64,000 bases of DNA from a virus. Below the pieces are notes generated by a model. That model was not told where the DNA came from. It made no database searches and saw only the letters and a list, made by a program, of their open reading frames with translations. A program made the translations under genes and the position numbers. The stretch spans positions 13,091 through 77,090 of the IMG/VR virus record IMGVR_UViG_3300024346_003797; one strand, 5' to 3'. Position 1 is the stretch's first letter. Each line of letters opens with the position of its first letter. This document shows, one piece after another, positions 32,814 to 43,465 of the stretch.

Positions 32814-33779
32814 ATGAGTTACGCACAATATGCAACGATTGAAGCTGGTGATTTTAACACATTGGTAACTGGATTTGCCAATGGAGCAGCCAATACTAGT
32901 ACTGCCGCACTGAACACTGTCTGGTCAACCGGAACACAAAATAGAGGTTATGGTCAAACAGCAATCGTAGCAGAAACTGCAGGTAATACTATTACTGCTA
33001 CTAAGTGGGCAGCATTGGTATCAAACACTGCTAATTCAGCCTCACATCAAAGTTCTAGTATTACTAGCGTTACAGCCCCTGCAGTTGGAAATACAATTAC
33101 ATATTTGTCTGCTATTCCTACAAACTTAACAACTATCTATAATAATAGATTGAATGCAGTATCACAAAGTGCAACCAGTTCTAATGCAGCCGTGTATGCA
33201 AGTACATGGGCTAGTGCAATTACATTTACACATACGATAACATTCGCCAATGGTGATGCCGCACGTTATTTCTTTAATTCAGGCGGACAATTAGCTATTA
33301 CTGCAACACACGCTAACTCAACTTCAGGTATTAACTTGTTAGTGAATAACTTAGCAAGTAACGTAGGAACAGTTGTATTAAGTTCACCTACTACAGGTAC
33401 TGCTACAATTGCTAGCACAAGTTATAATGGTGTTACTAAAGTAGGTGGCGGAGGATCAACTCCTACTATATCTACTAATAGTGGATACTATTCTTGGACA
33501 ACAAGTAATGCAAACATATTCTATCAAACTGCTAGCACAGGACCTTCTGGATACCTATCAACTAATATCAACATCTTTGTAAAAACAAATGGAACTGTTG
33601 GTAGTAACGGAGATGTAGGTAATGTTATTACAATCTATACAGTTTGGGACGAAATACCAAATGGATTAACAGTTGGAACTGGATCTACTACTACAGTAAC
33701 TATTCGTCCACCCGAAACAACTTATATTGCTAATACTTGGGGCACACCTACAGTAGGTGGCACTGTAACAGGTAGTTAA
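32814..33779 (+). CDS. Thr/Ser-rich virion structural protein
   Basis: Composition, AAGGA SD and position; ARYFFNSGG motif. Confidence 0.55.
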   Translation: MSYAQYATIEAGDFNTLVTGFANGAANTSTAALNTVWSTGTQNRGYGQTAIVAETAGNTITATKWAALVSNTANSASHQSSSITSVTAPAVGNTITYLSAIPTNLTTIYNNRLNAVSQSATSSNAAVYASTWASAITFTHTITFANGDAARYFFNSGGQLAITATHANSTSGINLLVNNLASNVGTVVLSSPTTGTATIASTSYNGVTKVGGGGSTPTISTNSGYYSWTTSNANIFYQTASTGPSGYLSTNINIFVKTNGTVGSNGDVGNVITIYTVWDEIPNGLTVGTGSTTTVTIRPPETTYIANTWGTPTVGGTVTGS

Positions 33780-33803
33780 TTTTTAACAACAGCACAGTAT
33801 CTA

Positions 33804-33811
33804 TCTAAATA
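33804..33811 (+). promoter_or_regulatory. late promoter variant TCTAAATA heading the enzyme island
   Basis: Intergenic, followed by AGGAG SD and ATG 33827. Confidence 0.6.
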
Positions 33812-33826
33812 CTCGTAGGAGTGTTT

Positions 33827-34132
33827 ATGGATACCAAAACCTTAATTACTGAGGCGAAAGCTCGCTTCAATCACAATAGCGCAAAAGCGCAACTCAAAGA
33901 CAAATACGATGGAAAACTCATTGTTGCAGAACAAGGGGGACTTTGGAAAGCAAGCCCTGAACTTATTTCTACACTAAATGCATTTGATGATAACTTCATC
34001 GTACTTATTGATAACTTTGACAATCCTGTACAGGTTAACAGAGAACAACTATTAACTGTACTAAAAACTACTTACCAAAAAGTCATGCTTGACTGGTATA
34101 AAGAATGGAAAGAACTAGAGACTAAACGATGA
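33827..34132 (+). CDS. hypothetical protein
   Basis: ATG after AGGAG; ATGA overlap with the next gene. Confidence 0.7.
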   Translation: MDTKTLITEAKARFNHNSAKAQLKDKYDGKLIVAEQGGLWKASPELISTLNAFDDNFIVLIDNFDNPVQVNREQLLTVLKTTYQKVMLDWYKEWKELETKR

Positions 34133-34932
34133 ACAGAGGAGCAATACTATTTGCATTTAACTCAACAAAGTTTGACTACTATTCAATGGCAGTTGCAACA
34201 GCGAAAAGAGTTAATCATTTTTTAAATATGCCTGTTACAATCGTGACGGACACTAACTCCATATCTGATTCACCGTACAAGTTTGATAAAACAATACTAG
34301 TAGAACCCGACAAAAGTAATACCAGAGACTGGGGGATGTGGATTAATAAGGGTCGTTATCAGGCATATAACTTATCACCATATTATGAAACTCTATTATT
34401 AGACACAGATTATATGGTTAACTCAACTAAGACATTGGATATATTTAACTACTATGATGATTTTTGTTGTCATAATAAAACTAGTTATCTAATGCAACCA
34501 GGATTACCACAAGAAGTACTGAGTGTTTATAGTTTCGAAACACTGTGGGCAACAGTTGTTGCTTTTAAAAAGTCAAATAGAGCTAAACAAATATTTGATT
34601 GTTTAGAAATGGTTCAAAAGAACTTTAATCACTATGCAGATTTACACGGATTTATTGCTGAAACATATAGAAATGATTACGCACTAACACTTGCTCTTAG
34701 AATAGCTAATGGACATTCTACACTAAAACAAGATTTTATACCATGGAACTTAGTACATTTAGGACAAAAGAATGTACATATCTATCGCAATAATGATACT
34801 GAGTTTAATACAGAATATACTATCATGCATGATAACTGGCAACGTGGTAAACTACGTAAAGAATATACCACTATCAAGGATATGGATTTTCATGTAATGA
34901 ATAAACTTAACTTTATGGAGCTAATAGCATGA
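34129..34932 (+). CDS. GT-A fold glycosyltransferase-like protein
   Basis: SPYYETLLLDTDY (DxD), RNDYAL. Confidence 0.65.
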   Translation: MNRGAILFAFNSTKFDYYSMAVATAKRVNHFLNMPVTIVTDTNSISDSPYKFDKTILVEPDKSNTRDWGMWINKGRYQAYNLSPYYETLLLDTDYMVNSTKTLDIFNYYDDFCCHNKTSYLMQPGLPQEVLSVYSFETLWATVVAFKKSNRAKQIFDCLEMVQKNFNHYADLHGFIAETYRNDYALTLALRIANGHSTLKQDFIPWNLVHLGQKNVHIYRNNDTEFNTEYTIMHDNWQRGKLRKEYTTIKDMDFHVMNKLNFMELIA

Positions 34933-35690
34933 GTAAAGGGTTTGTTATTATGGCACAAGATACTGATAAGGTTAGCTACACTAACTGTGCCAAAGCATTA
35001 GAACTAAGCATCAAACGTGTCATGCCTAATAGTAATGTAACAATAATTACCAGTGATATGCTACCATATGGTGACCTGGGTGGCTATGCAAATGATTGGC
35101 AAGTATATGAATGTAGTCCATATGATGAAACAATCAAACTAGAAGCTGATATGTTTTTTACCCGCAATATTGACCATTGGTGGGATATATTAAGTATTAA
35201 CGATGTGGTTGTGTCAAATACTATACGTAACTTTAAAGGAGATATATCTGACTGTAGAGTATATCGTAGATTTATAGATGATAATCAATTACCCGACTGT
35301 TACAATGCAATTACATACTTTAAAAAATCTGAAACAGCTAAACAGTTTTATACTGTAGTTAAAGATGTATTTGAGAACTGGGAAGAATACAAACTTGTAC
35401 TTAAATGTAATCCAAATGAAGAGGTAAGCACAGATTGGGCATATGCATTAGCATGTCATATTATTGGTGTAGAAAAAACAATGCTACCTGACTTTACTGA
35501 AATGAGTATGGTACACATGAAACGTTATGTTAATGGTTTGCCCAGTGAAGACTGGACTAATACATTGGTATATGAGTTATTACCCGATACTATCAGAATA
35601 AATTCCTACCCACAATTATACCCGTTACACTATCATGTGAAATCATTTAGTGATATAATATTAGAAAGCTACAAATGGAACACATATTAA
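34929..35690 (+). CDS. GT-A fold glycosyltransferase-like paralogue
   Basis: SPYDETIKLEADM, STDWAYA, PLHYH; similar to the preceding gene. Confidence 0.6.
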   Translation: MSKGFVIMAQDTDKVSYTNCAKALELSIKRVMPNSNVTIITSDMLPYGDLGGYANDWQVYECSPYDETIKLEADMFFTRNIDHWWDILSINDVVVSNTIRNFKGDISDCRVYRRFIDDNQLPDCYNAITYFKKSETAKQFYTVVKDVFENWEEYKLVLKCNPNEEVSTDWAYALACHIIGVEKTMLPDFTEMSMVHMKRYVNGLPSEDWTNTLVYELLPDTIRINSYPQLYPLHYHVKSFSDIILESYKWNTY

Positions 35691-36007
35691 TTTGGGAAGC
35701 ACCACCTATCATCAAACCTGAGTTTAGGTTATATTATGATGATAAAGGTAAGGTGTTGTTTTATACATGTGACAAACCTGAAGGTAAATACATAGTTATT
35801 GATGCTAATACATTTGCACAAGGACGTCCGGATATTAGAGTAGTTGATGGTAAAATCGCATCAGTTGATTCCGGAGCAGTTGTATCCAAACTAATATTAA
35901 ATATTGAAGGTATATCTTGCGCTAGCGAAGATATTAGTATTGTAGTAGATGAAACGTATGATGGTGAAACTAATAAATGGAAATTAATAACATATGAACT
36001 TGGATGA
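35675..36007 (+). CDS. hypothetical protein
   Basis: 110-aa ORF overlapping both neighbours. Confidence 0.65.
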   Translation: MEHILIWEAPPIIKPEFRLYYDDKGKVLFYTCDKPEGKYIVIDANTFAQGRPDIRVVDGKIASVDSGAVVSKLILNIEGISCASEDISIVVDETYDGETNKWKLITYELG

Positions 36008-36947
36008 TATTATTGATGTAGCAGATTTAGATTGTATCTATCTTAGCTATGATGAACCACAAAAAGAAGAATTTTGGCTAAAGATTAAAAACATGGTGCC
36101 TTGGGCTAAACGTGTTGATAGTGTTAAGGGATCTGATGCGGCACACAAAGCCGCAGGTGAAGCGAGTGATACAGAACGCTTTATATTGATTGACGGCGAC
36201 AATATGCCAGAAGAAAGCTTCTTCAACATTCAGTTAGATTTTACTGATAAGGATGAAACCTTTCGTAAAGCACAGTTTCGTTGGAAGGCGGTTAATAGTA
36301 TCAATGGACTACGCTATGGCAATGGCGGTATGAGTTCATGGACAAAAACTTATGTGCGTGAAATGAAAACACATGAGCATCAAAATGAAGGTGATGTTTC
36401 ACGAATAGCTGACTTTTGTTTAGACAGCAAAGACAACTTATATTGGGCAATGCATGATTGTTACTCTACTACTTATCCTAATTATACTCCGTTTCAAGCG
36501 TGGCGTGCTGGTTTCCGAGAAGGAGTCAAAATGGTGCTCGACCGAGGAGCGAAACCATCAGTCGACCAATTCAAAGAAACTGTAGCAACACGTAATCTCA
36601 ACAATCTAACGATCTGGCATAACATAGGTCGTGATGTAGAGTACGGCGACTGGGCTATTTATGGCGCACGACTAGGTACATACATGACCATGCTCACCGA
36701 GTGGGATCCTACTAATGTGCAATGGTTTGATAACTATACAGTACTATGGGAAGAGCATTCACATAGAGATCCTGACCGTGAATCGGCATTACTCGGAGCT
36801 TCATTGCAAGACAAATTGGGACTACCTATGCATCACTTTGATGGAGGACAAAGCAAGTTCTTCAAACGTCATTATAAAGCAGACTTTAGAAATATAGGTC
36901 CGTTAGTAACTGAAATGGAAGTTATTCGTAAGATTGAAGGCTGGTAA
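35994..36947 (+). CDS. GT-A-like protein, homologous to the C-terminal domain of the 2212-aa repeat protein
   Basis: YLSYDEP, RFILIDGDN (DxD), NGLRYGNGG, WRAGFREGVK versus FLSNGE, NGLVYGHQA, WRTSFREAIK. Confidence 0.6.
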   Translation: MNLDDIIDVADLDCIYLSYDEPQKEEFWLKIKNMVPWAKRVDSVKGSDAAHKAAGEASDTERFILIDGDNMPEESFFNIQLDFTDKDETFRKAQFRWKAVNSINGLRYGNGGMSSWTKTYVREMKTHEHQNEGDVSRIADFCLDSKDNLYWAMHDCYSTTYPNYTPFQAWRAGFREGVKMVLDRGAKPSVDQFKETVATRNLNNLTIWHNIGRDVEYGDWAIYGARLGTYMTMLTEWDPTNVQWFDNYTVLWEEHSHRDPDRESALLGASLQDKLGLPMHHFDGGQSKFFKRHYKADFRNIGPLVTEMEVIRKIEGW

Positions 36948-36948
36948 T

Positions 36949-38376
36949 ATGAGTGAAAATATAAAAGGCGATGAAGTTAGCAAAGTTGATGGCAAGTTTC
37001 AAAGCTTATATCAAAACTCATCTGAACAAGTACTAAAAGAACTTAACAAAGTAAGCCCAAGCTTTTGTTTAGCTAAGTGGTATAATGTAAGTATTCATAT
37101 TCCTACAGGTAGAACACATAGTTGCTATCATCCTCCTACTCATCCTATTCCATTGGAAGAAGTAAAGATTGATGTAAGCGCATTACATAATACCAAATAT
37201 AAAAAAGAACAACGCAAACTAATGTTAGAGGGCAACCGCCCTGATGAATGTAACTTCTGTTGGGAAATAGAAGATAGCGGTAATCAATTAAGCGATAGAG
37301 CATACAGAAGTAAAGATGTATTTGCCCCGGGTATGATTGAGGAAGCAGTTAAGATTGGTCATGACGGTAATCCTAAGCCCAGGTATGTAGAAGTTAACTT
37401 CAATCAAGCATGTAACTTTAAATGTACTTATTGTAGTCCACATCTATCTACTGCTTGGATGCAAGATATTGAAAAGAATGGAGCATTCATATTAGCAGAT
37501 AGATGGCATAATGACATGACTTGGATGAAGCAAGCCAATATGATTCCAAACAATAGGTCAGACAATCAATATGTTGAAGCATTCTGGGAATGGCTACCCG
37601 ATATATATCCCACACTACAAACATTTCGTATGACCGGCGGTGAGCCGTTGATGGATAAAAACACTTTTAAGATGTTTGAGTACGTTAAGGATCACCCAAA
37701 GAAAGACTTACAATTAAGTTTAACTAGTAACTGTTGCCCTCCTGCAGGTCAGTGGGATAGGTTTATGCAGGGTCTAAAGGATATCACTGATGCAGATGCT
37801 GTAGATCATTTTATGTTATTTTGTAGTTTAGACAGTTGGGGTAAGCAGGCTGAATATATCCGTACTGGTATGGATTTTGAATTACTAGAGAAAAATATTA
37901 TTGACTTTTTAATCAATAGTCAAAAGCATAGTTTAACATTTATCGTAACATTCAATGCACTAAGTTATACAGGCTGGGTAGAATATGTTAAACAAATACA
38001 TAATATGCGTAAAACATATTGTACTGATAGACAACTGATTTGGTTTGATGTTCCTATGTTATCTAGTCCTGAATGGCTTAACCCTAGATTATTCCCAGAA
38101 CTTATTACAGAGCTTGAGAAGTCAGTTAAATATATGAGTGAAAACAAAGAGGCAGATCATAACAGATTTAAAGGCTTCAAAGATTTTGAAATTAATAAAG
38201 TTGAAAGACTTATCGATTGGGTAAAAACCGAAAGCGATTTTAATAGAAGTTTAGCAATGAAAAACTTTTATCTGTACTTCACTGAACATGATAAACGTAG
38301 AGGAACAAACTTCTTAGAAACCTTCCCCGAATTAACTGAACAATGGAATAAATGTAAGGACGAACATGGACGATAG
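36949..38376 (+). CDS. radical SAM enzyme with N-terminal twitch/SPASM-like Cys cluster
   Basis: CNFKCTYC, TGGEP; start moved to ATG 36949. Confidence 0.88.
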   Translation: MSENIKGDEVSKVDGKFQSLYQNSSEQVLKELNKVSPSFCLAKWYNVSIHIPTGRTHSCYHPPTHPIPLEEVKIDVSALHNTKYKKEQRKLMLEGNRPDECNFCWEIEDSGNQLSDRAYRSKDVFAPGMIEEAVKIGHDGNPKPRYVEVNFNQACNFKCTYCSPHLSTAWMQDIEKNGAFILADRWHNDMTWMKQANMIPNNRSDNQYVEAFWEWLPDIYPTLQTFRMTGGEPLMDKNTFKMFEYVKDHPKKDLQLSLTSNCCPPAGQWDRFMQGLKDITDADAVDHFMLFCSLDSWGKQAEYIRTGMDFELLEKNIIDFLINSQKHSLTFIVTFNALSYTGWVEYVKQIHNMRKTYCTDRQLIWFDVPMLSSPEWLNPRLFPELITELEKSVKYMSENKEADHNRFKGFKDFEINKVERLIDWVKTESDFNRSLAMKNFYLYFTEHDKRRGTNFLETFPELTEQWNKCKDEHGR

Positions 38377-39724
38377 AGTTGTATTTGTAAAAAACGTAAG
38401 AGATAGATTAAATGCAGTAAGCCCAAGCTTCTGTGCAATGAAATGGCTACATCAAACATTGTATCTACATACAGGTGATAATCATAGTTGTTATCATCCT
38501 AGACCACATCATATCCCATTAGATGAAATTGCGGTTGATCCAAGCGCATTACATAACACTAAATGGAAAAAAGAGCAACGTAAAAAGATGCTTGAAGGCG
38601 AGCGTCCTGGTGAATGTTACTATTGCTGGAACATCGAAGACCTAGAAGGAGATCATATCAGTGATAGAATGATACATAGTTCAAGTGATTTTAGCGAACC
38701 TCTCATTGAAAAACTAGGACAAATGCCATGGGATGCACCTGTTAACCCACGCTATTTAGAAGTTAGCTTTGGCAATGCATGTAACTATCGTTGCGGATAC
38801 TGTAGCCCACAAGCTAGTACAATGTGGATGGAAGAAATCAAAAAGCATGGCAACTATGACTTAACATATAACCAGTATGGTATTGACTTTTTAACATCAG
38901 GTACGTATTATGGTCCTAAAGAAGAAAACCCATATATTGAAGCATTCTGGAAGTGGTGGCCTAGTTTAAGAAATGATTTGCACACACTACGCATTACAGG
39001 TGGTGAGCCACTAATGAATCCGGGTGCTATGCAGTTCTTTGATTTACTAGAAGATGAGCCTGCACCAAACTTAGAAATCACATTGAATAGTAACTTGGGA
39101 GTCACGTTTGACAGAGTTGACAGATTAATTGAACGTGTAGGATCATTAACATCACAAAATAAAATACGTAAGTTTAGCTTCTTTACTAGTATTGAAGGCT
39201 GGGGAGAACAAGCTGAATATATGCGTACAGGTATGAAGTGTGACCACTGGGAAAGAAACATGAAAGCAATCATGAAGACCGGTGCAACTATCAATTTGAT
39301 GTGTACATTTAATGTATTATGTGTAGCAACATTTGAGAATTTGTTACACAAAGTCATTGAATGGCGCAAAGAGTTTGGTAAGCATAGTGTTGGCCTTGAT
39401 ACTCCTTATTTGAAAGAACCTCCCCACTGGATGATTAACATATTGACTCCTGATTTTATCCCGCACATGGACAAAACATTGAAGTTTATTCAGGATAATC
39501 CAGAACACTTCCATGCAGTAGAATATGAAAAGTTCAAGCGGGTCACTAACTATATGAAAGAACATGTGATTAGTGAAGACAAGATCCGTGCAGGACGCAG
39601 AGATTTCTATAGCTTCTTCTCAGAAAATGATAAACGATTGGGTACTGATTTGATTAAAACATTCCCGCAATATGAAGAATTTTACAAACTATGTAAGGAT
39701 GTTTATGACAACTATGATAAATGA
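38366..39724 (+). CDS. radical SAM enzyme, close paralogue of the previous gene
   Basis: CNYRCGYC, TGGEP. Confidence 0.88.
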   Translation: MDDRVVFVKNVRDRLNAVSPSFCAMKWLHQTLYLHTGDNHSCYHPRPHHIPLDEIAVDPSALHNTKWKKEQRKKMLEGERPGECYYCWNIEDLEGDHISDRMIHSSSDFSEPLIEKLGQMPWDAPVNPRYLEVSFGNACNYRCGYCSPQASTMWMEEIKKHGNYDLTYNQYGIDFLTSGTYYGPKEENPYIEAFWKWWPSLRNDLHTLRITGGEPLMNPGAMQFFDLLEDEPAPNLEITLNSNLGVTFDRVDRLIERVGSLTSQNKIRKFSFFTSIEGWGEQAEYMRTGMKCDHWERNMKAIMKTGATINLMCTFNVLCVATFENLLHKVIEWRKEFGKHSVGLDTPYLKEPPHWMINILTPDFIPHMDKTLKFIQDNPEHFHAVEYEKFKRVTNYMKEHVISEDKIRAGRRDFYSFFSENDKRLGTDLIKTFPQYEEFYKLCKDVYDNYDK

Positions 39725-40937
39725 AACTAACAAACATTCTTGGTGTGTGAATGCATATCACGCAATGAGTGCAAACAATGATGGTAGCACCAAAACATGT
39801 TGTATGATTGGAGAAGAATACAATAGATTATCTAAAACTTCTAATGAATATTATATTGGTGTAAAAAGCATTAAAGAAAACTTTGATTGTGATGCCGCAC
39901 AAACTATTAGAGATAATCTCTCAAATGGTATAAGAGATAATGCATGTCGTCTATGTTGGCAGGAAGAAGATGGTGGCAGAAAAAGTAAACGTTTACGTGA
40001 TAATGATAAGTATATCCACGCCATCACGTATGATAATCAAAAACCATTCACAGGTCTTGCTAAAGTAGAATTAAACTTAGGTAACAATTGCAACATTAAG
40101 TGCAGAACATGTCACCCCACTATCAGTTCTACTTGGATGAAAGAAGCATTTGACTTGGATCATGCACCACAAAACACTACCTATAAAGAATTTAGTATCG
40201 GCATGAAAAAATACCATCAACATTACGATGATGAAAGTAGCTTTTGGCCTGACTTAACAGAGAACTTGGAAACAATCAAGCAGTTTGATTTTTACGGTGG
40301 TGAACCATTCTTAAGCAAAAAGATGTGGGAAATACTACGTATATGCGTTGAGCGTGGTTATGCTAAAGATATTGAATTGCATTATAATACGAACGGTACA
40401 GTATGGCCCAAAGATGTTGAACTATGGAAGCACTTTCGTTCAGTAAACATTAGCTTTAGTATAGATGGCGTTGGGGAACGGTTTGAATATATGCGATATC
40501 CTGCAAACTGGGAAGAAGTAAAATTAAATATGCAAAAAGCGATTGATTTTAATAATACTCATAACAACTTATATTTAAGTTGGTGTATGACATTGAGTAG
40601 TTTAAACATATATTACTTGCCTGAACTACTAGATGAATATTATAATAACTGGACTGGTATGGGATTCTACTTAAATCTTGTACATAATCCAAATCATTTC
40701 AATATAAGTAAAATGTCCCCTGAAGCAAAAGAAGCTGTAATTGCACAGTTAAATAATATTCCCAAAGAATATGAAAACGCATGGCATCAGCTTCCTGGTA
40801 TTATTGGGTTCATGACCGGCGGTGAATATGAGCCTGCTGTTTGGGAACACATGCTGAAAACTATTGATAAGCATGATAACTATAGAGAACAAGATTTCTC
40901 TAAAACATTTAGCGAATTTGCAAAGGCGATAAGATGA
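39714..40937 (+). CDS. radical SAM enzyme
   Basis: CNIKCRTC, YGGEP, SFSIDG; start uncertain (39672, 39705 or 39714). Confidence 0.85.
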   Translation: MINETNKHSWCVNAYHAMSANNDGSTKTCCMIGEEYNRLSKTSNEYYIGVKSIKENFDCDAAQTIRDNLSNGIRDNACRLCWQEEDGGRKSKRLRDNDKYIHAITYDNQKPFTGLAKVELNLGNNCNIKCRTCHPTISSTWMKEAFDLDHAPQNTTYKEFSIGMKKYHQHYDDESSFWPDLTENLETIKQFDFYGGEPFLSKKMWEILRICVERGYAKDIELHYNTNGTVWPKDVELWKHFRSVNISFSIDGVGERFEYMRYPANWEEVKLNMQKAIDFNNTHNNLYLSWCMTLSSLNIYYLPELLDEYYNNWTGMGFYLNLVHNPNHFNISKMSPEAKEAVIAQLNNIPKEYENAWHQLPGIIGFMTGGEYEPAVWEHMLKTIDKHDNYREQDFSKTFSEFAKAIR

Positions 40938-42229
40938 GCGAACAATTCTGGAAATCTAATAACTTAATGCAGATGCACATTGAGTTAACTAACTTATGTA
41001 ATGCAGCCTGTCCTATGTGTGTTAGATTTTATAATAATAGTACGCTTACTCGTCCGGATCTAGAGTTTGGTCAAATTACTATTGATAAATTTAAAAAATA
41101 CTTCCCACCTGAAATCATACGTAAATGTAATCTTATCTTATTCTGCGGAGTACACGGAGATCCGTGTATTGCTAAAGATATGTATGAGATATGTGAATAT
41201 ATTGCTGAGTGTTCAACAGGCACCGCAGTACGTGTTAATACCAATGGCGGGATGCGTAAGAGTGAATGGTGGAGTAAATTAGGTAAACTATTTGCAAAGC
41301 ATAAACACGGATTAGTAGATGAATACTGGGAAATAACATTCAGTATTGATGGATTAGAAGATACAAATCATTTGTATCGTAGAAATGTAGAATGGTCTGC
41401 ATTGATGGAAAACGTAAAGGCTTATATTAATGCCGGTGGCGGAGCAGCTTGGGATTATTTAATATTTAAACATAATGAACATCAAATATTAGAAGCAAAA
41501 CAATTAAGTGAAACTATTGGATTTAGAGAGTTTATACCTAAAAAAGCCTTAGGTGTTGATTCGTACAGTGCAAATCAACTAACCATCATGCCTGCATTGA
41601 ATAAAGAAGGTGAGTTAGATTATATCATTGAGGCACCAGTCAACCCAAAAAATAGAAATATGTTTAATCCCAATGGTACTATGCCATTGACATATTGGTC
41701 CTTTAAAGTAGATGAATATCGTAAACTTAAAGATGATAAAGAAAACACAACAAGAAAATATAACGAAACTGCATCAAGGATTTACGTAGATGTTATTAAT
41801 AATGAGAGCTTTGATGACCAAGACTCTTGTAGTATCTCATGTAAGTCTAAAACACCTAAAGGTGGCACAGAGATATTTGTAGATAACTTTGGACGAGTAA
41901 TGCCTTGTTGTTATATAGGTACACATTTGAATGGTAAATATAACGATGTTGCATCTATGCAGTTGTTTAATCATATGAATCAATATGGATGGGATAACTT
42001 TAACTTAGATTTACATACACTAGAAGAAATTCTTAATGGAGGTCATTTAGATAGAGTGTTTGCAGATTCATGGAATAAAGACTCTGTAAAGAACGGTAAG
42101 TTAGCATACTGTGCTAATACATGTGGAAAAAAATCATCAATAGATAAAATCTTTTCCCATGAGTTAAATGACAAAGCAACAGCTATGGAGCAGTATAGAA
42201 TAAACAATAGTGAATGCAAGTTCGATTAA
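40934..42229 (+). CDS. radical SAM enzyme with C-terminal SPASM/twitch domain
   Basis: CNAACPMC, GDP, FSIDG, PCCY...CANTC. Confidence 0.85.
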   Translation: MSEQFWKSNNLMQMHIELTNLCNAACPMCVRFYNNSTLTRPDLEFGQITIDKFKKYFPPEIIRKCNLILFCGVHGDPCIAKDMYEICEYIAECSTGTAVRVNTNGGMRKSEWWSKLGKLFAKHKHGLVDEYWEITFSIDGLEDTNHLYRRNVEWSALMENVKAYINAGGGAAWDYLIFKHNEHQILEAKQLSETIGFREFIPKKALGVDSYSANQLTIMPALNKEGELDYIIEAPVNPKNRNMFNPNGTMPLTYWSFKVDEYRKLKDDKENTTRKYNETASRIYVDVINNESFDDQDSCSISCKSKTPKGGTEIFVDNFGRVMPCCYIGTHLNGKYNDVASMQLFNHMNQYGWDNFNLDLHTLEEILNGGHLDRVFADSWNKDSVKNGKLAYCANTCGKKSSIDKIFSHELNDKATAMEQYRINNSECKFD

Positions 42230-42243
42230 TATAGGATATTATA

Positions 42244-43464
42244 ATGAATGAAAAAACTTTTTGCAGTTTACCCTTTACTGGGGTATTTTTAGGTAGTGAT
42301 GGTGGTGTAAGACCTTGTTGTTCATTACGGGGAGAACTAGGTAATATTAATGAAAATTCGCTTGACGAAATTATTAACGGGGAAATAGCAACATCTATTC
42401 GGACATCCATTGTTAACAACGAATGGCATACTATGTGTAGTCAATGTCAAGAGTTAGAAAGTAGAGGAGCTAGGACAGAACGAGTAGGTACATTACATTT
42501 ATATGATGAGTTGAATACTCTTACAGAAAAAGACTTTAAGCTAACAAAGCTAGATTTACGTTGGAGCAATACTTGTAACTTAACTTGTAATTATTGTTAC
42601 GAGTATTTTAGTTCAAAATGGGCTGAAATTAAAGGAATCAAAGTTAATGCAAATAAAGATATAGCAGAGGAAAAGGTCTTTTCTTTCATTGAAGAAAACA
42701 TGAAAAAAAATCCGGATGTTAAGTACAATGTTAACTTGTTGGGAGGAGAGCCATTATTACAGAAGCCTAACTCTAAACTCCTAGATACAATAAGTAGTAG
42801 ATCCGATATATACATATTGACCAATTTAACCGTCCCTTTAGAAACAAATAAAATAGCATCTAAACTATTAGAGGGTGATAATGTCGCATGGGGTATAAGT
42901 TTTGAAACAATAGGTAAGCGTTTTGAACATGTTAGATATGGTGGAGATTGGGCTCAACTTGTAAAAAACCTACGATATTTGCGTGATAGTAAAGTTAGAT
43001 CCATTGATTCCCATCCTTTGTATTGTGTATATAGTGCATTTAATTTAGTAGAATACATGGAGTTCATAGCAGAAGAAGGATATTTTAACAAACAATATTG
43101 GCAGGTATTGCAGAACACTGCTGGATTAGATGTGTATCAACTATCATACCCAATGAAAGTAAAGGCAATGAAAGAGTTAGAGATATGCTTTGATAGATTT
43201 GATAAACATTTTGACCTATCATTATTGAAATCGGTTCATACAGGACTAGAAGCTTCAATGGATATACAATATTATAATAGTGAAGCGGCATTTACTTGGC
43301 TATCAGATTTAGATAAATCTATACCCGGACAAAAACAAGCATTCATCGATTTATGGCCTGAAGTATATAGTGATATGCAACGCACCCGTACTTGGGAACT
43401 GAACAGTTCCGGTAAATATTTAGCGGACTCTAACAACCGCCCCACTTATAAACCAGACAACTGA
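42244..43464 (+). CDS. radical SAM enzyme with N-terminal SPASM/twitch domain
   Basis: FCSLPF...PCC...CSQC, CNLTCNYC, GGEP. Confidence 0.88.
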   Translation: MNEKTFCSLPFTGVFLGSDGGVRPCCSLRGELGNINENSLDEIINGEIATSIRTSIVNNEWHTMCSQCQELESRGARTERVGTLHLYDELNTLTEKDFKLTKLDLRWSNTCNLTCNYCYEYFSSKWAEIKGIKVNANKDIAEEKVFSFIEENMKKNPDVKYNVNLLGGEPLLQKPNSKLLDTISSRSDIYILTNLTVPLETNKIASKLLEGDNVAWGISFETIGKRFEHVRYGGDWAQLVKNLRYLRDSKVRSIDSHPLYCVYSAFNLVEYMEFIAEEGYFNKQYWQVLQNTAGLDVYQLSYPMKVKAMKELEICFDRFDKHFDLSLLKSVHTGLEASMDIQYYNSEAAFTWLSDLDKSIPGQKQAFIDLWPEVYSDMQRTRTWELNSSGKYLADSNNRPTYKPDN

Positions 43465-43465
43465 C

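Noticed and set aside
36949-43464. Radical-SAM RiPP (ranthipeptide/sactipeptide) cluster
   Set aside because: No adjacent precursor or RRE, and the context is sugar enzymes. Action in trans on the Cys-rich protease tail cannot be excluded but has no support here.
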